64,000 nucleotides of DNA from a virus. Its lineage: Duplodnaviria > Caudoviricetes. Each line of letters begins with the position of its first letter. The stretch's first letter is position 1. The stretch covers positions 1-64,000 of the IMG/VR virus record IMGVR_UViG_3300043603_000010; one strand, given 5' to 3'. The notes below the pieces were generated by a model. The model saw nothing but the letters and a program-made list of their open reading frames with translations. It made no database searches and was not told the origin of the DNA. Position numbers and translations under genes: made by a program. Positions 17,766-27,795 of the stretch are shown piece by piece.

Positions 17766-19550
17766 GTGGCGGAGGAACTGTTCACCTGCCCCCCGGATCT
17801 CACGCTTGTGAGCGACGGGGACCTGTCGGCCCTCCAGACGAGGGCCACAGCTGAGTTCGACCGCGTCCACGGTCTGGACGACCCGTCCGCGAAGGACATG
17901 TCCTACGCGATCACCCTCGCCCAGGACCTGGACAAGATCAAGGCCGAGCTGAAGGTCCGCGACGTCCGCGCGGCGGAGAACGCCCGGCTGTCCAAGGACT
18001 CCATCTCGCAGACCATGGCTCGGCTGAACGAGCAGGTGCACGGCGAGCAGGAAGTACGCCCGGAGCAGAGCACCGGGATGGACGCCGACGCTATCGCGGC
18101 AGCCGCTGCGAAGGGTGTCACCGAGGGCCTGATGGCCGTCTTCGCCGACCGGCGCGGCGGCTCCCTGGACACCACCGCACGGCAGGTGGCCAGCCTGCGC
18201 GAGACCGCGCGCCGCGCGCCGGACCCGAAGGTCCCCGAGGCGCAGCCCGCCGTAGTCGTCGCGGCCGTGGACATCCCGGACCGCCAGGTCCACTCCGGCG
18301 GCACGATCCCGGACATCGAGGCACTGGCGGACGCGTTCATCACGCGGGCAAAGTCCCTCCCGGCGACCCACGTCGGCCAGGCGTCCCCGCGCCACATGGT
18401 GGCGTCGGTGCGCAACAACTTCGATCACGTGATCGACGACCGTACTCCGGTCTCCGACGTGGAACGCCTGTTCAAGGAGCTGACCAGCGGAGAGCGGCAG
18501 CGCGCCCTGGTCGCAGGCGGCGGATGGTGCGCCCCCTCCGAACTGCGCTACGAGCTGTTCAACATCGCCGACGCGCCGTCTGGCACCATCGACCTGCCGA
18601 CCGTGGGCGTCAGCCGGGGCGGCATCCGCTTCCCCACCAGCCCCAGCATCGCGGACTCGTTCTTCACTGCCGGAGGCAGCAACGCCGCATCCGGCATGGG
18701 CGGGTTCAAGTACGCCTTCAGCAACGCCACGGACCCCTGGCTGTGGTCCGAGACCGACGACATCCTCACCGTCACCGGCTCGGTCAACAAGCCGACCCTG
18801 CGCGTCCCGTGCGCCGCGTTCAACGACGTCCGCCTTGAGGCCTACGGCCTCACCCTGACGGCGGGCAACCTGACCGACTCCGCCTACCCCGAAGCCACGC
18901 AGAACTTCCTGCGGCTGCTCCGGGCCGCGTACGCCCACGCGATCAACGCACGCCTGATCGGCCTCATGGCCACCGCGTCCACGGTCACCGCTGCCATCGG
19001 CGCGGCGAGCATGCCCGCGTTCCAGACCCTGCTGGACGGTGTCGAGATGGGAGCGGTCGACTACCGCGCCCGGTTCGGCATGTCGGACGAAGCGGTCCTC
19101 GAAGTGGTCATGCCCTCCTGGGCGCGCGCCTTGATCCGGGCCGACCTGGCGTGGCGCGTCTACGGTGACAGCTCGCTGCTCTCGGTCTCCAACCAGCAGC
19201 TGATGAGTTACTTCGCCGACCGTGGCGTCCGGATCCAGTTCGTCAGCGACTGGCAGGTGCGCACCTCCGGCAAGCCCGGCGACCCGGCGACCCCGGTCCT
19301 CGCGCAGCAGACCAGCGTCCAGTTCATGATGTACGCGGCCGGGACCTTCATCCACGGGACCGGGCTCACCCTGGACCTCGGGATCGTCCGCGACTCCGTC
19401 TTGAACAGTGAGAACGACTTCACCGCCGCGTGGGCGGAGGAGGCGCACCTGATCGCCAAGGTGGGTCACGAGTCCCGGCTGTACACGGCCACCCTCGCGG
19501 TCAACGGCACTGGCGCACTCGGACAGGCTGCGAACGGAACCTACGTCTAG
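17766..19550 (+). CDS. Major capsid protein with N-terminal scaffold-like domain
   Basis: Coiled-coil N-terminus; ALVAGGGWCAPSELRYELF...DLPTVGVSRGGIRF...RDSVLNSENDF motifs typical of actinophage capsids; GGAGG RBS and GTG at 17766. Confidence 0.85.
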   Translation: MAEELFTCPPDLTLVSDGDLSALQTRATAEFDRVHGLDDPSAKDMSYAITLAQDLDKIKAELKVRDVRAAENARLSKDSISQTMARLNEQVHGEQEVRPEQSTGMDADAIAAAAAKGVTEGLMAVFADRRGGSLDTTARQVASLRETARRAPDPKVPEAQPAVVVAAVDIPDRQVHSGGTIPDIEALADAFITRAKSLPATHVGQASPRHMVASVRNNFDHVIDDRTPVSDVERLFKELTSGERQRALVAGGGWCAPSELRYELFNIADAPSGTIDLPTVGVSRGGIRFPTSPSIADSFFTAGGSNAASGMGGFKYAFSNATDPWLWSETDDILTVTGSVNKPTLRVPCAAFNDVRLEAYGLTLTAGNLTDSAYPEATQNFLRLLRAAYAHAINARLIGLMATASTVTAAIGAASMPAFQTLLDGVEMGAVDYRARFGMSDEAVLEVVMPSWARALIRADLAWRVYGDSSLLSVSNQQLMSYFADRGVRIQFVSDWQVRTSGKPGDPATPVLAQQTSVQFMMYAAGTFIHGTGLTLDLGIVRDSVLNSENDFTAAWAEEAHLIAKVGHESRLYTATLAVNGTGALGQAANGTYV

Positions 19551-19583
19551 CCAAGCCGGAACGCTGAACGGAGGTGAATCCGC

Positions 19584-19871
19584 GTGTCCACGTTCTTCGG
19601 TGGGGAATTGTCCGTCCCGACTTCCAGTGCGACCCTGGTCGTCGCTTCTGCCGACCTGGCGCGCAGGGTTCATCTCCGGGACATCTCCGGAGGGCCAATT
19701 CTGATCAGCTACGACAGCACGTCCGTGCTGACGGGTGTGCACGTAGCTGATCTGGCTTCGGACGTGGGTGTACTCGATTTCGTGCTCCCCTGTGGACAGG
19801 AACTCTGGGCTTTCCAGGCCAGTGGTAGCGCGAAGACCCTTGCCGTACTCGTCAGCGCGGCAAGGGGGTAG
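19584..19871 (+). CDS. Small virion-associated hypothetical protein
   Basis: GGAGG RBS; located between capsid genes. Confidence 0.6.
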   Translation: MSTFFGGELSVPTSSATLVVASADLARRVHLRDISGGPILISYDSTSVLTGVHVADLASDVGVLDFVLPCGQELWAFQASGSAKTLAVLVSAARG

Positions 19872-19874
19872 GTC

Positions 19875-20792
19875 ATGGCCGGTGCTCGGCAAGTAGTCGA
19901 CGGTCCCGACTTCACCATGCTCCCGTACGGGCTGTGGGACGCGCTGGAGAAGCGCACTCCGAACGACCCGCACTGGCAGAACGGCGTGACCTGGCAGGAG
20001 TACTGCCCTACGGCAGCCAACCAGACGTTCTACGACGCCTGCCTTGCGGTCACCGGGACCGGCGGCTCCCCGCCGTCCATGTCCTCTCCGAAGCTGACCG
20101 GCAACGTCGTCAGCACCAACCGGGGCGCGACCGTCTTCCAGGTCTATGCGGAGTTCGACTGCTCCCCGGTCGGCCTGGACCAGATCAACGCGGCGGCCGA
20201 CGTAGCGCTGAAGAAGGTCGAGAACAGGGACGTCGAAGCTGCGTTCTGGACCGGGGTCGCCGGAGGCCAGACCGTGGTCTGGCCGCACCTGGCAGCGAAC
20301 GCCGCCCTGAACGATCCCCAGGGGATCACGCTCCAGATGGCAGCCACCCCCCTGGTCACCGGCGGAGTGAACGCCGCGTCCGCGCTCGGTGCCCTGGAGA
20401 ACCAGCTGGCCAGCTGCTACGCCGGACGCGGGTACATCCACGTGCCCCGGACCGCGCTGGCCACACTGGCGGCGAACAAGCTGCTCGACTGCTCCCAGCA
20501 GGACCAGGGGGAGCTGTACACCTGGGCCGGGAACCGGGTCGTGGTCGGCGGCGGATACACCGGCAGCTCCCCGTCAGGGGGCGCTCCGGCCACCGGGACT
20601 TCGTGGATCTACGCCACCGGGCAGGTCTTCGGCTACCGGTCGGACATCTTCGTCCAGCAGATGCCGGGGACGTTCGACCGGACGGAGAACACCGTCCACA
20701 TGATCGCCACGAGGAACTACGTCATCGGCTTCGGCTGCTGCCTGACCGGCGCTCTGGTCAACCTGGGCGTCCCTTCCAATACGTCCACGTAG
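19875..20792 (+). CDS. Minor capsid/decoration-like structural protein
   Basis: PYGLW...HWQNGVTW...ALGALE...YIHVP...TWAGNRVVVGGGY...ATRNYV; synteny. Confidence 0.6.
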   Translation: MAGARQVVDGPDFTMLPYGLWDALEKRTPNDPHWQNGVTWQEYCPTAANQTFYDACLAVTGTGGSPPSMSSPKLTGNVVSTNRGATVFQVYAEFDCSPVGLDQINAAADVALKKVENRDVEAAFWTGVAGGQTVVWPHLAANAALNDPQGITLQMAATPLVTGGVNAASALGALENQLASCYAGRGYIHVPRTALATLAANKLLDCSQQDQGELYTWAGNRVVVGGGYTGSSPSGGAPATGTSWIYATGQVFGYRSDIFVQQMPGTFDRTENTVHMIATRNYVIGFGCCLTGALVNLGVPSNTST

Positions 20793-20804
20793 GGATGTGA
20801 ACAG

Positions 20805-21497
20805 ATGTCCGCCACAGCGTCCTGCGCCGTCCCGATCAAGGGCAGCGTCTACCGCCTTGTCCAGCTCAACTCCTGTGGGAACCCTGTCACGGGCACCTCG
20901 GGGATGCAGGTCGTGAGCAAGTCCTTCGTCCAGGTGGCCATGGCGCCCCAGTACGAGGACGGGGTGGAGTTCTTCGACCGTACGGCCGACGGCACGCCCT
21001 GCGTCAACCAGAAGGACGACCCCGTACTGAAGCGCATGGTCAACACCGTTGACCTCTGCGAGATCAACCAGACCGGGCAGTCCTACATGATGTCCGCGCG
21101 GGAGTTGGCGACCGGCGCGCCCGCCACCGGGTCCGGCTTCGCCATGGGCGAGGGTATCGCGTCCAACCGCTTCTCGTTCGAGGTCTGGCAGCAGGTGGCC
21201 GGATCCGGCGCGTGCGACCCTGTCACCGGGTTGCAGCGGTACATCTACAACGCCTGGCCGAACTGCGGCGCGGCGCAGCTGGGCACGTACACGATCGCCA
21301 ACGCGACCACGAACATGCAGATCATCGTGGAGACCAGGGCTGTCTCCATCTCCTCCACGCTGGGCTGGTACGCCAAGAACGGCAGCGCCACCTGGCTCCA
21401 GTCCGGGTTCGCGCCGGTGGCCACCGATCACTGGTACTGGAACATCACCACGACGCCCCCGCCCGCCCCGCAGTGCAACCCGCTGGCGGCGCTGTAG
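20805..21497 (+). CDS. Probable major tail (tube) protein
   Basis: IKGSVYRLVQLNSCG...PQYEDGVEF...FSFEVW...YNAWP; synteny. Confidence 0.65.
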   Translation: MSATASCAVPIKGSVYRLVQLNSCGNPVTGTSGMQVVSKSFVQVAMAPQYEDGVEFFDRTADGTPCVNQKDDPVLKRMVNTVDLCEINQTGQSYMMSARELATGAPATGSGFAMGEGIASNRFSFEVWQQVAGSGACDPVTGLQRYIYNAWPNCGAAQLGTYTIANATTNMQIIVETRAVSISSTLGWYAKNGSATWLQSGFAPVATDHWYWNITTTPPPAPQCNPLAAL

Positions 21498-21499
21498 CC

Positions 21500-21805
21500 A
21501 TGACCGTGCTCCTGGAACCGCCGGTGCAGCGGTGGGTATGCCCCAACTGCAACGCGACCGACACCACCCGGGGCATGCCCAACCGGTTCCACCCGTGCCC
21601 CGGGATCGGCGGCCTCACCGCGCCGCTGGTCCTGGCTGGAACGGACTGCCGGGTGGTCGCCGTCATGCGGGAGGACTACGTGGGCGGTGAGCTGGTGCAG
21701 GTGGACGACCGGAACCGCCCGGTGATGGCTGTTCTCACCCTGCGCCCCGACGGCAGCAACGACGTACTGGTGAACGCGCCCACAGCGCGGGGAACGGGAG
21801 CCTGA
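21500..21805 (+). CDS. Small CxxC protein
   Basis: RWVCPNC...FHPC; clean frame. Confidence 0.6.
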   Translation: MTVLLEPPVQRWVCPNCNATDTTRGMPNRFHPCPGIGGLTAPLVLAGTDCRVVAVMREDYVGGELVQVDDRNRPVMAVLTLRPDGSNDVLVNAPTARGTGA

Positions 21806-21806
21806 G

Positions 21807-22298
21807 ATGGCCTGGACAGACAGCAGGATCTTCCAGGCATGGGTGGTCCAGCCCATGCTCCGGCAGGGCACTGCACCGACCGGCGGCACCGGCGAGATCG
21901 TCACCAACGACACGGTGACCGCTGCGCTGTTCAACAACACCGGGACCCCGGACCGGACCGTGGCTGTGGGCTCCACCGGCTACAACACCGGCCAGTGGGT
22001 GACGGCCAACGAAGTGACCGGCGCGTCCGAATGGGTGGCCGGGGGCCGGAACCTGGCGTCCAAGACCATCACTCCGTCGGCGGGTGTCGTCACCTTCACA
22101 GCCGCGAACCTGGCCGGGTCGGCGACCGTGACCATGGCCAACATCTACGGAACGCTGGTCTACGACAACACGGTGACTGGTGGAACCGTCGCCGACCAGG
22201 GCATCTGCTACAACTACTTCGGTGGGTCGCAGTCGGTTACGGCAGGGACATTCAGTGTAAATTGGTCTGGATCGGGCATTTTCTCGTTCACGGTCTGA
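21807..22298 (+). CDS. Virion structural protein
   Basis: Thr/Gly-rich beta protein ending FSVNWSGSGIFSFTV. Confidence 0.6.
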   Translation: MAWTDSRIFQAWVVQPMLRQGTAPTGGTGEIVTNDTVTAALFNNTGTPDRTVAVGSTGYNTGQWVTANEVTGASEWVAGGRNLASKTITPSAGVVTFTAANLAGSATVTMANIYGTLVYDNTVTGGTVADQGICYNYFGGSQSVTAGTFSVNWSGSGIFSFTV

Positions 22299-22312
22299 GA
22301 CGGCGGTGAACG

Positions 22313-23020
22313 GTGGCGATCTCCGAGGACACCTCGAACCAGCCCGTCCCCGTGCACGTGACCGCCACCACCGCCACCACCGCCAGCTTCTCGCCGCAGG
22401 CGGGCACGCTCCTGGTGGCGTTGATCGGGGCACTGGGACCGAACTTCGCCACCACGACCGTGACGGTGACCGACTCCCTGTCCGGGAAGTGGTCCCTGCT
22501 GAAGCGGCAGAACACGAACACGACCGGGATCGGCGGGTCCTCGGAGATCTGGTACAGGTACCTGGACACCGCGCCCGGGTCGCTGACCGTCAACGCCGTC
22601 TGGACCCCCAACGGTGACCCCGGCGGGAACCTGGTCGTGCGCAGCCTGCTCGGTGCTGCTACTCCGTCCGGGGCAGCGGGTGGGACCGGCGGGGCGTCGG
22701 TCGCCCCGACAGCGACACTGACGCCGATCCAGCTGGGTTCGTGGGTCTACGGCGCATGCGTGGACTGGACCACGAACCCGGTCATGGTCGCCAACGCCAA
22801 CACGACGATCATCGACCAGTTCAACGACACGACCAACGGCGACACGTACGCGATCTTCAAGGGTGCCGCTTCCACAGCGTCCCTGGTGTCCACGGCCTAC
22901 GGGTTCACCAATGCCAACGCCGGGTTCAACACAGCGGCAGTGGAGATCCTCCCCGCCGGTTCCGGAAACCCGATCCCGCTGGACGTCAGCCAAGCCGTCA
23001 AGCGTGCAGCCACCTGGTAG
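22313..23020 (+). CDS. Virion structural/fibre-like protein
   Basis: Thr/Gly-rich beta composition within the structural operon. Confidence 0.6.
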   Translation: MAISEDTSNQPVPVHVTATTATTASFSPQAGTLLVALIGALGPNFATTTVTVTDSLSGKWSLLKRQNTNTTGIGGSSEIWYRYLDTAPGSLTVNAVWTPNGDPGGNLVVRSLLGAATPSGAAGGTGGASVAPTATLTPIQLGSWVYGACVDWTTNPVMVANANTTIIDQFNDTTNGDTYAIFKGAASTASLVSTAYGFTNANAGFNTAAVEILPAGSGNPIPLDVSQAVKRAATW

Positions 23021-23029
23021 GAGAACTCC

Positions 23030-23293
23030 ATGGCAGCTCTTCCCGCACAGCAGTTCCCGATGCGCTTCCTGTCCGGAGACAGCGACCGGTGGGCGGTGTT
23101 CACCGTGCTGAACACCAGCGCCGGGGACACGATCGACGTCGGGGCGTACTTCACCATCGTCAAGCGCGCGACCCTGCTCGGGGTGACCGTGGCAGCCGCT
23201 GTCTCCGCTGCGGTCAGCGGGACCGTCGTCACCATCCCGGCCGGAGCGGCGAACGACGCGGCGATCCTCACCGTGTACGGCTGCGCGATCTGA
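23030..23293 (+). CDS. Small virion protein
   Basis: GGAGA RBS; 87 aa. Confidence 0.6.
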   Translation: MAALPAQQFPMRFLSGDSDRWAVFTVLNTSAGDTIDVGAYFTIVKRATLLGVTVAAAVSAAVSGTVVTIPAGAANDAAILTVYGCAI

Positions 23294-23796
23294 TGGCCGC
23301 GCAGTTCGTTGCCTACAACTGTGCGATCGACTCCACCACAGGAGTGATGGCCGGGACCAGCTACACTACCGGGGCGAAGTGCGGGATCCAGCTGGTCCCT
23401 GCGTCCGGTTCAGCGATCCTGGTCGTAGAGATCGGGATCAGCTTCTCCGGAACCACGGCCGGAACCCCGTCGATCGTCACCCTGGCCGACGCCGGAGCGG
23501 CGGCTACCGGGCTGGTCGCGCACAGCACGTCCACCATCATGGCCACCGGGTCCACGTCCAAGACGAGCACGCTCCAGATGGGGACCGCCCTGTCCGGGTA
23601 CGGTGCGGTCGCCATCGTCACCAACACCACCGCCCGGCAGTACTGGGGCGCGCAGGTCGGCACGACGACCCAGTACGAGAAGCAGTACCCGCTGGGCCGG
23701 GAACCCTTCCTGCCATCGGGAGGATTCCTCCAGATGCGCATCAACACGGCTGCCACACTGACGGCTATCGGATACATCGTCCTCGAAGAGGTCTGA
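23293..23796 (+). CDS. Virion structural protein
   Basis: TGATG coupling at 23293; MAAQFVAYN...QYEKQYPLGREP. Confidence 0.6.
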   Translation: MAAQFVAYNCAIDSTTGVMAGTSYTTGAKCGIQLVPASGSAILVVEIGISFSGTTAGTPSIVTLADAGAAATGLVAHSTSTIMATGSTSKTSTLQMGTALSGYGAVAIVTNTTARQYWGAQVGTTTQYEKQYPLGREPFLPSGGFLQMRINTAATLTAIGYIVLEEV

Positions 23797-23812
23797 CCGG
23801 GAGGGGTGGGCT

Positions 23813-25594
23813 GTGGCACGGTTCGGGCGCAGCTACCCCATCGGCACAGCCACGCGTGTCTACACCGGGACGGCCACCGGCGGGTCCAGCACAACCGCTA
23901 CAGCCGGACTCGCAGCCTCCACCGGGACCGCGTACAGTGCAGGTCCTGCCCTGGCAGCACTGCCTGCCGACGCGTCCGGAACCGGCACGGCGTACACGCC
24001 CACCGCTGCTCCGGCAGCCCTGCCCGGGACCGCTGCGGCCACCGGTACGGCCTACGCTCCCGGCAACTCCGTCGCCGTGCAGGGGACCGGGTCCGCAGCT
24101 TCCACCGGAACCGCGTACGGCGCTTCCGCCTCCGGGTCCGTCGCGGTCACAGCCGGGCTCGCGTCCGGCACCGGAACCGCGTACACAGCCGTCCCGGGCC
24201 CCGGTGCGGCTCCCGGGACCGCCGCAGCGACCGGGAGCGCCTACGCCCCGTTCGCTTCCCCGTGGACCGCTGCCGCGACCGGCACTGCCTATGCTCCGTC
24301 GGCCGCTGTCGCCGTCCAGGGGGCAGGAACTGCTACTGCTACCGGTACGGCGTACAACGCCGCTGGAGCGCCCGCTGTCACCGCAACCGCCGGGCTCGCC
24401 GCAGCCACCGGCACGGCGTACACCGCGCTACCGGCCGTCACTGCTGCGGGGACCGGGCTCGCATCCGCGACCGGCCGGGCCTACGGGCCCGACACCTCCC
24501 CGGGAACCGCTGCCGCGACCGGCACGGCGTTCGCGCCGTCGGCCGCTGTCACCGTAACCGCAGGGCTCGCGTCCGGAACCGGCCGGGCCTACGGGCCCGA
24601 CACTTCTCCGGGAACCGCGTCGGCCACCGGCACGGCGTCCGCGCCGTCGGCCGCTGTTACCGTCCAGGGGGCCGGAACCGGCGCAGCCACCGGAACGGCG
24701 TACGGAGCGACAGCCAGTACGTCCAGTTCGGTCGTCGCCGCAGCGACGACCGCTGCCGCGACCGGCGCCGCGTACGCTCCGGGGACCGCTCTGGCAATCC
24801 AGGGGACCGGGAGTGCACAGGCCACCGGTACGGCTCCGGGCCCCACCGCTGCTCCGGCTGCCCTGGCCGGGAGGGCGCCCGCCACCGGGACCGCCACCAC
24901 GGCTGCCGCCGGGACCGCAGCTGCCGCCGGAGCAGCATCCGCCACCGGGACCGCTCTCCAGCCAGTTCCCGGGGCAGCGGCCCTGCCGGGGGACGCGGCT
25001 GCTGCCGGGACGGCCTACGCTCCGTCGTCGGGGCAGTCGGTCAGCGTGACCGCCGGGCTGGCTGCCGGAACCGGCACCGCGTACGCGCCGTCGGCCGGGC
25101 AGGGGATCACGGCTACTGCTGGAGCCGCGCCCGCCAGCGGAGCCGCCTACGCGCCGTCGGCAGCGCTGGCCTCCGGCCCCGGTGCCGCGTCCGGGTCCGG
25201 CACCGCCTACGCTCCGGCGACCACGCCCGGCGTCACCGCAACAGCCGGGACCGCAGCCGCGACCGGGCACGCCTACACGGCTGCCCCCGGACCGGGGGCC
25301 GCACCGTCGGCCGCCGCTGCCACCGGGCGGGCACTGGACGCGGCGTTCACCGCGATCCTGGTCCACGCCGGACTCGCACGCGGGTTCGGGGACGCGTTCG
25401 GCGTGGCCACCCGCTTCCCGGTCACGGACGCCCGGTCGAACGCCAGCGGGCGCGAGCCGCCCACCGCCGCGTCCGGACGTGAGCCGTGGTCCGCGTCCCA
25501 CGGCAGCGAGCCCGGACCGGCGTCCGGCCGGGAACCGGTATCGTCAGCCACGGGCCGCGAACCCGTGACCTCGGTGTCCGGGAGGGAACCGTGA
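23813..25594 (+). CDS. Ala/Thr/Gly repeat protein (TGxAY repeats) with C-terminal GREP repeats
   Basis: About 20 copies of an (A/S)TG(T/S/R/A)AY motif; six xxGREP-like repeats at the C-terminus. Confidence 0.75.
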   Translation: MARFGRSYPIGTATRVYTGTATGGSSTTATAGLAASTGTAYSAGPALAALPADASGTGTAYTPTAAPAALPGTAAATGTAYAPGNSVAVQGTGSAASTGTAYGASASGSVAVTAGLASGTGTAYTAVPGPGAAPGTAAATGSAYAPFASPWTAAATGTAYAPSAAVAVQGAGTATATGTAYNAAGAPAVTATAGLAAATGTAYTALPAVTAAGTGLASATGRAYGPDTSPGTAAATGTAFAPSAAVTVTAGLASGTGRAYGPDTSPGTASATGTASAPSAAVTVQGAGTGAATGTAYGATASTSSSVVAAATTAAATGAAYAPGTALAIQGTGSAQATGTAPGPTAAPAALAGRAPATGTATTAAAGTAAAAGAASATGTALQPVPGAAALPGDAAAAGTAYAPSSGQSVSVTAGLAAGTGTAYAPSAGQGITATAGAAPASGAAYAPSAALASGPGAASGSGTAYAPATTPGVTATAGTAAATGHAYTAAPGPGAAPSAAAATGRALDAAFTAILVHAGLARGFGDAFGVATRFPVTDARSNASGREPPTAASGREPWSASHGSEPGPASGREPVSSATGREPVTSVSGREP

Positions 25595-25920
25595 GCATCA
25601 ACATCGGGACCTATGTGATCGGGGAGATCCCTCCGCCGTTCACCTACCAGTTCCTGGACAGCTCCGGGGCGCCCATCGACCTGACGAACTACACGGCACA
25701 GTTCGCCTGCCAGGAGTTCTACGGCGCCCCGTTCACCGGGACCGCGTCGGTGAGCGACGCGGTCAACGGGAAGGCCACGTACGTGTGGGCCGGTGGCGAA
25801 TTCTCCACCGCTGGCCAGTACCGGGCTACCTTCACTGTGGGCGACCACACGAACCGGTTCACATCCGAGTCCATCGTCTTCACCGCGCAGCTGCCTGTCG
25901 GCGCTGTGCCGAGCATCTGA
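25591..25920 (+). CDS. BppU-like/Ig-fold small tail protein
   Basis: FLDSSGAPIDLTNYT...SDAVNGKATYVWAGGEFSTAGQYRATF. Confidence 0.55.
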   Translation: MSINIGTYVIGEIPPPFTYQFLDSSGAPIDLTNYTAQFACQEFYGAPFTGTASVSDAVNGKATYVWAGGEFSTAGQYRATFTVGDHTNRFTSESIVFTAQLPVGAVPSI

Positions 25921-25930
25921 GGAGGCGGCG

Positions 25931-26728
25931 ATGACCCTGGAGAACGGACCCTGCCAGGACTGGACTCCGGTCTGGACCTGCGACATCTCCACCTTCTCGC
26001 CGACCGTCACCGGGTCGGCCGTGAGCCTGGCCACGCAACTGCTGTGGGGTCTGTCCGGCAGGCAGTTCGGGCTGTGCGAAGCCACGCTGCGGCCGTGCCG
26101 CCGGGAGTGCTACGAGAGCTTCCCCGCACAGTCGTACGCCGCGCCGTGGTCCGTCTTCGGCGCGGCGGCCACCGCCGGATGGGATTCCAGCTACTGGTTC
26201 GCCTCCTCCTGCGGGCGGTGCCGGGACAACTGCTCCTGCGGGGAGGTGCCCGAAGTCCTGCTTCCGGCGCGGGTCAACAGCGTGGTCCAGATCAAGGTGG
26301 ACGGTGCTCCGCTGGTGACCGGCTCCTACCGGCTGGACAACAACCGGATCGTGGTGCGCACCGATGGCCAGCGCTGGCCGCGCTGCAACAACCTGGTCCT
26401 TGACGACACTCATGCGGGGACCTGGTCGATCACCGCGCTGTGGGGGCTGGACGTACCGGCGGCGGCAGGCCCAGCCGTCGGCCAGATGGCGTGCGAGATC
26501 GCCCGCGCGATGATGGGGCAGGACTGCCAGCTCCCGGCCAACGTCACCCAGCTGGTCCGGCAGGGTGTCACGATCACCATGCCGAACATTCAGGACCTGC
26601 TGGCAGAAGGCCGGACCGGGCTCAACCTGGTGGACTGGTTCCTGGCGGCGGTCAATCCGAACAGCCTCACCCAGCGGGCCCGGACGTACAGCGTCGACCA
26701 CCGCCCCGTGCGCAGGGCCGGATCATGA
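25931..26728 (+). CDS. Head-to-tail adaptor-like protein
   Basis: Cys-rich; ATQLLWGLSGRQFG...CQLPANVTQLVRQGVTI...GLNLVDWFLAAVNP. Confidence 0.7.
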   Translation: MTLENGPCQDWTPVWTCDISTFSPTVTGSAVSLATQLLWGLSGRQFGLCEATLRPCRRECYESFPAQSYAAPWSVFGAAATAGWDSSYWFASSCGRCRDNCSCGEVPEVLLPARVNSVVQIKVDGAPLVTGSYRLDNNRIVVRTDGQRWPRCNNLVLDDTHAGTWSITALWGLDVPAAAGPAVGQMACEIARAMMGQDCQLPANVTQLVRQGVTITMPNIQDLLAEGRTGLNLVDWFLAAVNPNSLTQRARTYSVDHRPVRRAGS

Positions 26729-26871
26729 GGGCCGCCTGGAAGCGCTGGCGTTACCGGCGGGCGCAGTGCAGCTGGGAGGTCTTCCTCTTCAACTACGGCA
26801 CGATCGGGAAGTGGATCCAGGTCCGGGACCTGAACAGCATGACCGGCGTCTGGAAGAAGTGGCCGCTGTGA
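26725..26871 (+). CDS. Small Trp-rich hypothetical protein
   Basis: ATGA/GTGA overlaps on both sides. Confidence 0.5.
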   Translation: MRAAWKRWRYRRAQCSWEVFLFNYGTIGKWIQVRDLNSMTGVWKKWPL

Positions 26872-27377
26872 CGACACCGCTCCGGGGACCGCTGAAGTGG
26901 TACACCGTCATGGCGTGGATCAGGGATGCGGTGAACGCGGCCCTGGTCCCGGCTGTGCCGTCGGCAACGGTCGTCCCCGGCGCCATCGCCTGGGACAGCG
27001 CGGACTGCGGGGCGCTGTACGTGTCGGCAGTCCGCTACTACCACAGCAACGAGTTCCCCGACATCGTGGCCTTGCCGACAGGCAACTGCGACGCCAGCTG
27101 GGATGCGGCGGAGATCGTGGTCCAGGTGGTGCGCTGCGTCAACGGGCCGGACGGCTCGCAGTCGATCGCTCCACCCCGAGGCGCGCTGGACGGTGCGGCA
27201 CAGCAGATCGCGTCGGACGCCTGGTACATGATGACGTCGGTCACCGCTCTGCTGTGCCAGCTGGAGGAACAGGGAACAATCGGGTACTACCTGCTCGGGG
27301 AGACGATCCCGCTCGGGCCGACCGGAGCCAACGGCGGCACGGACCTGCGCGTGGTTATTGGAATCTCCCGTGGGTAG
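26868..27377 (+). CDS. Tail terminator/completion-like protein
   Basis: Synteny; PGAIAWDSADCGALYV...VQVVRC. Confidence 0.55.
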   Translation: MTTPLRGPLKWYTVMAWIRDAVNAALVPAVPSATVVPGAIAWDSADCGALYVSAVRYYHSNEFPDIVALPTGNCDASWDAAEIVVQVVRCVNGPDGSQSIAPPRGALDGAAQQIASDAWYMMTSVTALLCQLEEQGTIGYYLLGETIPLGPTGANGGTDLRVVIGISRG

Positions 27378-27753
27378 CGTCACGCAGATCAAGATTGACC
27401 AGGTGGCGGTCCGCAACATGTTCCGCAGTCCGACCGGCATGGTCGGCAGGCGGCTCATCGCGCAGGGCAAGGAGATCGAGCGGCTGGCTTCCGAGAAGGC
27501 GGCGAAGCACAACATGCGGGACTGGGTGCACTCCACCCCGCTGCCGTCGCTGTACGGAGTTAACGTCCTGATCTACTGCGACCACCCGGCGGCCGTCTAC
27601 GTCCTGGGCGGCACGCGTCCCCATGACATCCACTACACGAAGCCCCAGGCTCTTCAGTTCAAGGTCGGTTGGCGCACGGTGACCGTGGTCCACCACCCCG
27701 GGTACCGTGGCGATAATTTTCTCAAGACAGCGATGGAGGAGGCCCGGATCTGA
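27370..27753 (+). CDS. HK97 gp10-like tail completion protein
   Basis: AVYVLGGTRPHDI...VHHPGYRGDNFLKTAM. Confidence 0.65.
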   Translation: MGSVTQIKIDQVAVRNMFRSPTGMVGRRLIAQGKEIERLASEKAAKHNMRDWVHSTPLPSLYGVNVLIYCDHPAAVYVLGGTRPHDIHYTKPQALQFKVGWRTVTVVHHPGYRGDNFLKTAMEEARI

Positions 27754-27795
27754 CTCCGGACGGATCTTGGTAGGAGCACGTCTAGCCTGGCCCGT

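Noticed and set aside
14073-20441. 2122-aa minus-strand ORF, and similar long antisense or alternate-frame ORFs (10155-12191, 32477-35137, 49626-51866, 56104-57690)
   Set aside because: Shadows of real genes in high-GC DNA. They lack an RBS and motifs, and they overlap well-supported genes on the opposite strand or in another frame.
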